Of a stretch of 64,000 nt of DNA, positions 47,435 through 55,851 are shown piece by piece (positions within the stretch are counted from its first letter, which is position 1; every line of letters begins with the position of its first letter). The notes under the pieces were generated by a model. The model saw only the letters and a program-made list of their open reading frames with translations, searched no databases and was not told the DNA's origin. This DNA is from an uncultured Verrucomicrobiae bacterium (GTDB taxonomy: Bacteria > Verrucomicrobiota > Verrucomicrobiia > Chthoniobacterales > JAFAMB01): assembly GCA_963837955.1 (NCBI GenBank), contig CAWIPH010000002.1:1984001-2048000 (forward strand), read 5' to 3'. The position numbers and the translations under genes were made by a program.

Positions 47435-48844
47435 ATGAAACAACACGAGAAGACAAAAACCAAGTCCGAAGCGCCAAAACCGTTACACGAGCCAGAGCCC
47501 GATGCGGCTGGCATTGATGTAGGAGCCAATGAAATCTGGGTTGCTGTAGCGCCTGATCGTAGCGAGAAGCCAATCAGAAGATTTGGTGCATTTACTCAGG
47601 AGCTCAAGGCCATTGTCCAGTGGCTGCGAGATTGCGGGATTCGTACCGTAGCAATGGAATCGACCGGTGTTTACTGGATTCCACTCTATCAGCTTCTGGC
47701 CGATGCCGGACTGAAGGTCTGTTTAGTCAACGCCCGGCATGTCAAAAATGTACCGGGTCGCAAAAGTGACGTGGGCGACTGTCAATGGTTGCAGTACCTC
47801 CACAGCGTGGGTCTATTGCGGGCTTCTTATCGGCCCGATCAAGCCATCTGTGCCGCGCGGAGCATTTACCGCTATCGGCAAAATCTGCTCACCCAGGCTG
47901 CTCAGCATCTCCAGCATATGCAGGCGGCCTTGGATCAAATGAATATTAAGCTCCACCACGTCATCGACGATCTGACGGGCATGACGGGGCTGGCGATCAT
48001 CGAGGCCATTTTAGAGGGTGAGCGAGACCCACACCAATTGGCCAAGCATCGCGATCACCGAATCAAAGCTTCCCAACAAACCATCGTCAAAGCCTTGGAG
48101 GGCGATTGGCGCAGCGAACACCTCTTTGTTTTAAAAGTGGCCTGGGAAAATTGGAAGCAGGCTCAACACCAAATCCAAAAATGTGATCAACAGCTGCTGG
48201 AATACACCCGCCAATTGGAAGCCTGTACTACTCTGGCCAAGCCGATCAAGACCGTGCGCTTGAGCACGCAAGCAGCCGGCTCTCATCCCGTTGCCCGGCC
48301 CAGCAAACCGCGCAGGAAAACCAGCAAGAATGAACCCCCGGGGCCTTGGCGAGAAGAACTCTCTCGCTTCTTTGGCGTTGATCTGACCGCTATCCCAAGC
48401 ATCAGCGTTCTCACCGGTATTACCCTGATGACCGAGCTAGGTAATGACCTGGGTGCTTTCAAGAGCGCACACCACTTTAGTTCCTGGCTCTGTCTGTGTC
48501 CGGATAACGAGACCAGCGCTAGCAAAGTGCTTCGCCGAGCGACCCGTCGCAGCCAAAATCGGGTTCGACAGGCATTGCGCATGGCTGCCTCTTCCTTGCA
48601 CCATGATAAGAGCTACCTGGGAGACAAATACCGACGCTTGCGCGCCAAACTAGGTGCTCCCAAGGCTATCACCGCCATGGCCCACCAATTAGCCAGAATC
48701 CTCTGGCACCTCATCGTTCATCGAGTCCCCTTTGATCTGACCATCTTTGCTGCTTACGAAAAGGCCAATCAGACCCGACGTCTCAAACGACTCTCCTCTG
48801 CTGCCCGCCAGATGGGCTACCAACTGACTCCTATCGCTACCTGA
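47435..48844 (+). CDS. IS110 family transposase/recombinase
   Basis: DEDD RuvC-like domain (GIDVG, MESTG, KSDVGD) and C-terminal Tnp domain (SWLCLCP..ETSAS, AITAMAHQLARI); intact. Confidence 0.95.
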   Translation: MKQHEKTKTKSEAPKPLHEPEPDAAGIDVGANEIWVAVAPDRSEKPIRRFGAFTQELKAIVQWLRDCGIRTVAMESTGVYWIPLYQLLADAGLKVCLVNARHVKNVPGRKSDVGDCQWLQYLHSVGLLRASYRPDQAICAARSIYRYRQNLLTQAAQHLQHMQAALDQMNIKLHHVIDDLTGMTGLAIIEAILEGERDPHQLAKHRDHRIKASQQTIVKALEGDWRSEHLFVLKVAWENWKQAQHQIQKCDQQLLEYTRQLEACTTLAKPIKTVRLSTQAAGSHPVARPSKPRRKTSKNEPPGPWREELSRFFGVDLTAIPSISVLTGITLMTELGNDLGAFKSAHHFSSWLCLCPDNETSASKVLRRATRRSQNRVRQALRMAASSLHHDKSYLGDKYRRLRAKLGAPKAITAMAHQLARILWHLIVHRVPFDLTIFAAYEKANQTRRLKRLSSAARQMGYQLTPIAT

Positions 48845-49264
48845 GACCGATCTCCGCTGTGAACTCCACGCTAAACTCCACCATGTTCCTTATGAGAGCG
48901 GGCGCGTTTTTTTGCGTTACCCGGGGTTGCGCAAAGCCTCCACCCCGGGCTGAGTCCTTTAACGCCTTCGGCGTATCTGGCGTATCCGACTCCTGGCGTC
49001 GGCTCCTCGCTTACTGCTTACCGATCACCCATGACCAATCACTGACCACGGATCACCAATCCCGACCACCCGATGACCGATAACCGATCACGGATACACT
49101 GAATCACTAATGGCCGACCACCGATCACGGCGGAACGCCATTCCACCGGACAACTAGACAAGTTCGAAACTTGATCCAATCTCGATAGCGTACGCCATGG
49201 AAGATTATCAAACATGCGGGCTGTGTCTTCTGTGGTGAGGTTAACGGGTAAGAATCAGATATCG

Positions 49265-51118
49265 ATGCCATTCGACGTTTTCATCTGCTACGCGATGGCG
49301 GACAAGCTGACAGCCGACGCAGCATGTGCTGCTCTTGAGGCTTCTGGAATCCGATGCTGGATGGCGCCGCGCGATGTGTTGCCGGGGATGGATTATGCCG
49401 AAGCTATCATCGAAGCAATCGAACATTGCCGAGGTATGCTGCTGATTTTTTCGTCAAGCGCAAACCGATCCAATCAGGTAAAGCGCGAGGTCGAACGAGC
49501 GGTGCACCATGGAATCCCGATCATCCCGTTTCGGATCGAAGATGTACCTCCTTCGCGAACGCTCGAATTTTTTATCAGCGCGCCTCATTGGCTCGATGCG
49601 CTAACTCCGCCGCTCGAGGAACATTTGAAGCGGTTGAGTGCGATGATGCAAGTGTTGCTAGATCGAAGGAGAGCCGAGCTACCGGAGCAGCCAAGCCGTC
49701 CTGGTAGTGGTCAAGGGATTTCCGCTAAATCTGCAAGTGTCCCGCCGGCGACCTCTCGCACCTCCGGAGGTAGGTCACTCGTTTGGATTGTGATTGGTGG
49801 GTTAGCGGTTGTGCTGTTAGGCGGGTTTTTCGTTATTGCGTTGCTCGTGCTTTTCTTTGCCCGAGGTCCTGCACCTACTTCCGCTTCCAAAGAGGGACCG
49901 AACCCCGTGCCTTCGGCGATCGGGCAGGTGACACCATCGCCTATCCAACAGGTGTCGCCGGGTCCGCAGCCGCGGGCCTCGATCAAGGGGGAAGCCCAAA
50001 CGCTACTGAACGAAGGCGATCGAGCCGAAAAGCAGGGGCAATATCAAAGTGCGCTGGTGAAGTACAACGAGGCGCTTGAGCTCGATCCGGATTCGGCGGA
50101 CCTCTACAACGCGCGCGGCATTGTCTATTACGGTATGCATTCCTATGATTTAGCGATCAAGGACTACGATCAAGCGGTTCGGCTGAGTCCGCAGGCCTAC
50201 TACGCTTTTTCTAACCGAGGGAACGCTCTCGGCCAACTCGGGCGTCATAGCGAAGCGATCAAAGATTATAACGAAGCGATTCGGATCAAGCCGGATTACG
50301 CCTACGCGTTTAACGGCCGAGGCCTGGCTTATTATAACCAAGGCGATAGCGATCGAGCCATCACCGACTACACAGAGGCGATTCGACTAGATGCCAAGTA
50401 TGTCAACGCCTATAACAACCGCGGAAATGCGTACGAAGCGAAGCAGCAATACGATACCGCGCTGGCCGATTTCAATCAGGCCATCCAACTTGATGGCAAT
50501 TACGCGTATGCCTACAACGGCCGGGCAATAGTCTCTTATGATCGCGGCGAGTACGACAAAGCGATCGCGGACTATACGATAGCAATCCGGCTCTCGCCTA
50601 AATACGTTGCGGCCTATACCAATCGAGGCAATGCCTACGAACGAAAACGCCAATATCAAGCAGCCATAGCCGATTATAACACTGCGATCGGTCTCGACGG
50701 TAAATACGCCTCCGCCTACAACGGGAGAGGAATCGTTTACGACGACGAGCACCAATATGAAAAAGCGATTGGTGACTATGCCGACGCGATTCGTTTGAAT
50801 CCGAATTACTCCTACGCTTACAACAATCGGGGGAATGCGCTATGCAGTCTCCGTCGATATGATGAAGCGCTCAATGACTATAACGACGCGCTGCGCATTT
50901 ATCCAAACTACGTATATGCCTACAATGGGCGCGGGGTTACCTACTACAACAAAGGTGACTATCAGCGAGCGATTGCTGATTATACGCACGCGATCAGTCT
51001 CAATCCAAATTACGCTCTAGCTTACAAGAACCGCGGATTGGCTTACGAAAAGACCGGCGCGAAGGACAAGTCCAAAGCAGATTTCGCCGCGGCCCATCGG
51101 CTGGATTCGAGCCTGTGA
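49265..51118 (+). CDS. TIR domain - TM helix - 11 TPR repeat protein
   Basis: DVFICY..D, CWMAPRD..PG, SNQVKREVERA; hydrophobic WIVIGG..LFF; 34-aa repeats; start placed at MPFDVF. Confidence 0.9.
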   Translation: MPFDVFICYAMADKLTADAACAALEASGIRCWMAPRDVLPGMDYAEAIIEAIEHCRGMLLIFSSSANRSNQVKREVERAVHHGIPIIPFRIEDVPPSRTLEFFISAPHWLDALTPPLEEHLKRLSAMMQVLLDRRRAELPEQPSRPGSGQGISAKSASVPPATSRTSGGRSLVWIVIGGLAVVLLGGFFVIALLVLFFARGPAPTSASKEGPNPVPSAIGQVTPSPIQQVSPGPQPRASIKGEAQTLLNEGDRAEKQGQYQSALVKYNEALELDPDSADLYNARGIVYYGMHSYDLAIKDYDQAVRLSPQAYYAFSNRGNALGQLGRHSEAIKDYNEAIRIKPDYAYAFNGRGLAYYNQGDSDRAITDYTEAIRLDAKYVNAYNNRGNAYEAKQQYDTALADFNQAIQLDGNYAYAYNGRAIVSYDRGEYDKAIADYTIAIRLSPKYVAAYTNRGNAYERKRQYQAAIADYNTAIGLDGKYASAYNGRGIVYDDEHQYEKAIGDYADAIRLNPNYSYAYNNRGNALCSLRRYDEALNDYNDALRIYPNYVYAYNGRGVTYYNKGDYQRAIADYTHAISLNPNYALAYKNRGLAYEKTGAKDKSKADFAAAHRLDSSL

Positions 51119-51363
51119 ATGAGCGTGCCGGCGTATCGGCGTGGGAGCGGGGCCCGGTCTAACAAGATTCTGTCACACTCTGGGTTCGGCGGTCCGGGAG
51201 GACACGCCCTACCGACGTCAGGTTCTGCCCCGCTCCCACGCCGATACGCTCTTCACTCTCCTCGGGGAACGCGAATTTTGATTGAGGTTGCGACCCAAAA
51301 TCTTTAGACGGATAGGGCGAGAAAGACGCAATCAAAGGTTTTTTTCTCGTCTTTCAAATCACC

Positions 51364-53538
51364 ATGCCACTCGACGTCTTTATAAGCTATGCGCTCGCCG
51401 ATAAGTTGACCGCTGACGCGGCGTGCGCCGCGCTCGAAGCCGAGGGAATTCGTTGCTGGATCGCCCCGCGAGATGTGCTTCCTGGAATGGACTATGCCGA
51501 GGCGATCATCGAGGCGATCGAGAAAGCGCGGGGCATGCTGCTCATCTTTTCGTCCAACGCGAATCGTTCAAACCAAGTGAAGCGAGAGGTGGAACGGGCG
51601 GTCCACCATGGCATTCCAATTATTCCGTTTCGGATCGAAGATGTGCCACCCAACCGAGCCTTGGAATATTTTATCAGCGCTCCTCATTGGCTGGACGCTT
51701 TAACGCCGCCTTTGGAGCAGCATCTAAAGCATCTCGCATCAACTATCGGAATGCTCCTTAACCGAGCCGATGCCGAGGCTGGGGTGGCGACACCTCAATC
51801 ACGTCCTGGGTCCGCTCAGACCGCCGAGCCTCGAGGAAATTTCGTAGCCCCGTCCGTCTCTCCCGTAGGACCGAGCGCAAGCGGGACACCGCTTAATCCG
51901 GCAACCAAAGCTGGATCCGCCCAGGATCCGCGGGCCGCCGGCGTTCCCGCCGTCACAATCCCGCCCAAGTCGAACGCGCCGGTCGTGATTTTGATTCTGG
52001 TCGGAGTCGTGGGCGTTATTGTTGCCGGCATGTTATTCGTTGCCATTGCGGCGTTCTTTTTCTTCCAGCGCCCGGGCGTAAGGCCGTCTCCGTCACCTTA
52101 CGTGCTCAACACGACGCCTACGCCGTCGACTCGGGTCAGTCCTCCTAGCACGCCGTTCGCAATCACAACGCCGATGCCCGCAACGATCCCCGGGGATAGC
52201 TATTCCGATCTGAAGAGCGCGCTGGATGCAGCGAAGAACTACGAAAACGATGGGAACTATGAAAAGGCGATTGCTGCCTACAACGCAGCGATCGGCTTCG
52301 ACCCAAAAGACTCCGCAACCCTATATAAGCGGGGATATTGCTACAAACAGCTCGGACAGTACGATAAGGCAATCGAGGATTACAACGCGGCGATCGGTCT
52401 CGATTCAAAGAATCCCAATTATTTCAACGATCGGGGCATCGCCTACTGGAAAAAGGGGGACGATGACCGAGCAATTGCGGATTTCAACAATACCCTGCAA
52501 CTCAATCCCAAGTACGCTTACGCTTACAACAACCGAGGGCTGGCTTACTACGATAAAAAGGAAACTGCGCGCGCAGTCAGCGACTACGAGCAATCGATGC
52601 AACTCGATCCCAAGTATGCCGATCCGTACTACAATCGAGGAATCTATTATTATGATAAGGAAGATTACGAGTCCGCGATCAAAGACTACAGCGCCGCCGT
52701 CGAACGCGATTCTAAGTATGCGAACGCATTTTATAATCGCGGTCTGTGCTACCAGACACTGAAACAGAACGACAAAGCGATCAGCGACTATACTTCGGCC
52801 ATCCAGATTAACGCGAACTTCATCGACGCTTACAATAATCGGGGCCTGATCTATCTTCGCCTTGGTGACTACGATCGGGCGATTCAAGATTACGACGAAG
52901 CCATCTCCCGGAATGCCAGTTACTATCTGGCCTATTACAACCGAGGAATCGCCAACGCAAAGAAGAAGCAGTACGATGTTGCCATCAATGATTACACCGA
53001 AGCGGTTCGTCTAAATCCGGACTATGAAAGTGCGTATTTCAACCGCGGCGACAGCTATAGCGCCAAAGGCGATTACGATCGGGCGATCAGCGACTACAGC
53101 GTGGCGATTCATTTAGCTCCCCGGAATGCCGATAGTTTTAACGATCGCGGGATCGCTTATTTTCATCTGGGCCAATACGACAAAGCGATCGAAGATTATA
53201 CGCAAGCTATCTCGCTCAACTCGAACTACGCGGAGGCTTTCTATAATCGGGGCAACGCCTACACTAACGCCGGTTCTTACGCCCTGGCCGTCAACGATTT
53301 TAATGTGGCGCTACGGCTAAAACCGAACAATCCGGATACATACAATAACCGCGGAATCGTTTACTACGATCAAGGCGAGTACGATCGAGCGATCAGTGAT
53401 TACAACGAAGCTCTTCGCATTGATTCAAGTTATGCCCGGGGTTACCAGAACCGCGGTCTTGCCTACCAGAAGAAAGGGATGACCGAAAGGGCGAATAAGG
53501 ATTTCGACCAGGCCAAGAAACTCGGCTTCAAAGACTAA
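51364..53538 (+). CDS. TIR domain - TM helix - 13 TPR repeat protein
   Basis: TIR 111/124 identical to the upstream paralog by manual alignment; TM VVILILVG..FFFF; 13 TPRs. Confidence 0.9.
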   Translation: MPLDVFISYALADKLTADAACAALEAEGIRCWIAPRDVLPGMDYAEAIIEAIEKARGMLLIFSSNANRSNQVKREVERAVHHGIPIIPFRIEDVPPNRALEYFISAPHWLDALTPPLEQHLKHLASTIGMLLNRADAEAGVATPQSRPGSAQTAEPRGNFVAPSVSPVGPSASGTPLNPATKAGSAQDPRAAGVPAVTIPPKSNAPVVILILVGVVGVIVAGMLFVAIAAFFFFQRPGVRPSPSPYVLNTTPTPSTRVSPPSTPFAITTPMPATIPGDSYSDLKSALDAAKNYENDGNYEKAIAAYNAAIGFDPKDSATLYKRGYCYKQLGQYDKAIEDYNAAIGLDSKNPNYFNDRGIAYWKKGDDDRAIADFNNTLQLNPKYAYAYNNRGLAYYDKKETARAVSDYEQSMQLDPKYADPYYNRGIYYYDKEDYESAIKDYSAAVERDSKYANAFYNRGLCYQTLKQNDKAISDYTSAIQINANFIDAYNNRGLIYLRLGDYDRAIQDYDEAISRNASYYLAYYNRGIANAKKKQYDVAINDYTEAVRLNPDYESAYFNRGDSYSAKGDYDRAISDYSVAIHLAPRNADSFNDRGIAYFHLGQYDKAIEDYTQAISLNSNYAEAFYNRGNAYTNAGSYALAVNDFNVALRLKPNNPDTYNNRGIVYYDQGEYDRAISDYNEALRIDSSYARGYQNRGLAYQKKGMTERANKDFDQAKKLGFKD

Positions 53539-55550
53539 TCCTTATTCGTGATGGGTGAGCTCAAACGGAATAAGGGATAGCGCCCATATTTTTTTGCGAA
53601 ATCAATTTGTCCCAGATAATCGAATCCGAATTCCAAGGTTTCTTCGCCGCGTTGTTTTCGCGCATAATTTGCGATGGTCGCGTAAGACATGAACGCTTCG
53701 GTTGCCCAGACTTCACCTTCCCGAACCATCGGTTCAATTCTGGCCGCATGGCTGACGTGCGATCCAGTAAAAGTGATTTGGCGAATCACCGGATCTACAC
53801 AGAGCGTCACGGGCCCTGTGTGCAGGCCGACGCGCAGGTCCATCTTAGCAGTGAGATGCGTTCGCCAACTGCCGCTTTGCACGACTCGCAAAAGACGCAA
53901 AGCGACGGTGCCGGCGGCTACCGGATCATCGAACACCAGGTAGACGGCGTCTCCCCAAGTGTTGGTTAGAACCGGGCGAGGGGGTTGAGAAATCAACTGC
54001 GAGATCATGCCCAGGAATTCGGGCGCAAAATATTCGATCTGTTCCTCCGGTATCTTGCTGTAACCGACGACGTCAGCAAACAATAGCGTCTTCACCGCCT
54101 GCTGGCCCTGGCTTACTTTTACTTCATCAAAAGCAAATGAATGATGTTCCGGGGGGGCTTCGATAACGGAAATGCCGCTGATACGAGAGAGGTCAATGAT
54201 TTCCACGGCGTGTTGGCGAGATCGCCAGAAGTGAACGAAGCTCGATGTCCCACCTAGTCCGTCACCCCTTTTTCCATCCCAGACTGCGACCGGCGTTACG
54301 TCGGAACCGATGGTCTCTGCGCGATAGAGAGCCATGCCATTCATGCAGTCGCTACAGTAAACGTATCCGAGATTGCCGCTGGGCGCACTCTGCTGGGAGA
54401 GGTAAGTAACTGAGGTCACTTCTACCAGGAGTTGATCAAATTTGTCGTTCCAATAAGGATCGTCATTGATGGTGACACTGGTCCGCAGAAATTCTTCTTT
54501 GCGCCAAGGCAGCACGACATGGATCTCTGCCCCGCGCTCGAGCATCGCTTCGATGAAAAGGAGATCGGAGCCGCAAGCTGCCGACGAAATGCCGATTTGG
54601 GCATCACATTGATTCAGTCGTTCTTTGATTTCCTTGGCCACAGCCGGTACCAGACGAGCCGGGAAGCGAGGTCGCACCCGATCGGGTGCGTCGATCATGT
54701 GCCCCGAGAATAGGATTACATTAGGCAGCCCGAAAATTTTCTGCAGTGATGAAAAATCCCAACCGGCAAATCCACAGATCAATTTGGCCTGCCGGCGGGT
54801 AGAGCTCAGATCACCCCAATGACGAAGGTGGTGGGCAATAGCCGATGCTCGTTGATAGTAAGAAAGTGCGGTGTGACTAAGTTCGCCTTCTCTGATCGAG
54901 AGGATCAACTCAGCTTCAGCAATCGTTGCGGATGCCCAATAGTCTTCCGGATCTTTCTGGAGGATTGCGCGGCATAAACCTTTCACTTTCTCGGCCAGTT
55001 CGCAGGCCGTCTTTCGGTTCTGTTGCCAGAGCGCGACCGTAGCGGCATTGATCGCCGGATAGTATGCGCCACTCAACTCGAAGGCTCGCAAATAAAAGGA
55101 ATGTGCCTTCTCCAAATTGGAAGCCAGAATGGCTGGTTGAGTAGCCGCTAAAGCGAGATCCTTGTAGGTGCGCCCGATCGCGCTCAAAATAGCGGCGTTC
55201 TCGGGCCGCTTCTCATGGAGTGCCAGCAGCGTCTCTCGGGCTTCGCCGATCGATCCCAGGCGGGAAAGCGCAATTGCCTTTTCGTAATCGAGGTCATCGA
55301 GCCGTTGCTCCACCAGGGCGGTCCGACTCGCTCGAAATGCCGACAGGGTATCGCGACCCTCGAGAGCGATTTCCAGAGCTAGCAGGCTCTCGCCAAAGCG
55401 CGTAGCGGCTCGACTCAGGTTGGCATAGACCGCACTCGCGGCAGGGAAATCCTCGGTAAGTTCGATCTGCCAAGCGGCGCGGTTGCTCCAGAATCTTCTG
55501 ATATTCGGAACCGATCGACAAGCTGTTGTTACTTCTTCAAGGAAAGGCAT
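53535..55550 (-). CDS. TPR-S (DUF4071-like) + SLOG-like + class III nucleotide cyclase
   Basis: GRTYKD..YYPAINAAT..DYWASATIAE; LFSGHMID..SSAACGSDL; LFADVVGYS, WGDA, RVGLHTGP, AARIEP; start placed at MPFLEE. Confidence 0.8.
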   Translation of the reverse strand: MPFLEEVTTACRSVPNIRRFWSNRAAWQIELTEDFPAASAVYANLSRAATRFGESLLALEIALEGRDTLSAFRASRTALVEQRLDDLDYEKAIALSRLGSIGEARETLLALHEKRPENAAILSAIGRTYKDLALAATQPAILASNLEKAHSFYLRAFELSGAYYPAINAATVALWQQNRKTACELAEKVKGLCRAILQKDPEDYWASATIAEAELILSIREGELSHTALSYYQRASAIAHHLRHWGDLSSTRRQAKLICGFAGWDFSSLQKIFGLPNVILFSGHMIDAPDRVRPRFPARLVPAVAKEIKERLNQCDAQIGISSAACGSDLLFIEAMLERGAEIHVVLPWRKEEFLRTSVTINDDPYWNDKFDQLLVEVTSVTYLSQQSAPSGNLGYVYCSDCMNGMALYRAETIGSDVTPVAVWDGKRGDGLGGTSSFVHFWRSRQHAVEIIDLSRISGISVIEAPPEHHSFAFDEVKVSQGQQAVKTLLFADVVGYSKIPEEQIEYFAPEFLGMISQLISQPPRPVLTNTWGDAVYLVFDDPVAAGTVALRLLRVVQSGSWRTHLTAKMDLRVGLHTGPVTLCVDPVIRQITFTGSHVSHAARIEPMVREGEVWATEAFMSYATIANYARKQRGEETLEFGFDYLGQIDFAKKYGRYPLFRLSSPITNKD

Positions 55551-55630
55551 ACTCCGGAATCCGCTGTGAGAGTAACGAAAAACCGCCGAGGCTACAGAAA
55601 AAAACGAGACGCTATGTGACGTCCAGGATG

Positions 55631-55740
55631 GGGAGGGATCGCGTCCTCGCGATCCGCGGCGCACGAGGATCCGACGTCGCGCTCAAGCGTCCCGCAGCAG
55701 GCATCCAAAAGGCTATGTCGGACAGGCTGTGCGCCCTCCC
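55631..55740. repeat. REP family B copy interrupted by the TCCGAC..GTCGGACAGG mini-element
   Basis: GCACGAGGA[~58 bp]GTGCGCCCTCCC versus the intact copy at 4352. Confidence 0.8.
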
Positions 55741-55851
55741 CCATCCGGGGCAGAGAAACCGGACTCGGCACATCGACGATCCGACGCCACTGCGCATCAC
55801 GCTCAAAGACCATACGCCTCTGCGATGTCGGATCCCGTGATCGCAGCCGAG

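Larger units (their letters stand above)
47144..48896 (+). mobile_element. IS110-family insertion sequence
   Basis: Removing it restores the REP GCGCTCTTTCAGAGCG seen intact at 46605; AGAGC occurs at both junctions (47142-47146, 48895-48899). Confidence 0.9.
46909..48977. repeat. REPIN family D whose right arm is interrupted by IS110
   Basis: Left arm 46909-47005; right arm split into 47129-47146 and 48895-48977. Confidence 0.85.

Noticed and set aside
49990..53500. TPR arrays as DGR targets or tandem DNA repeats
   Set aside because: No reverse transcriptase and no near-identical template/variable pair differing only at adenines was seen.
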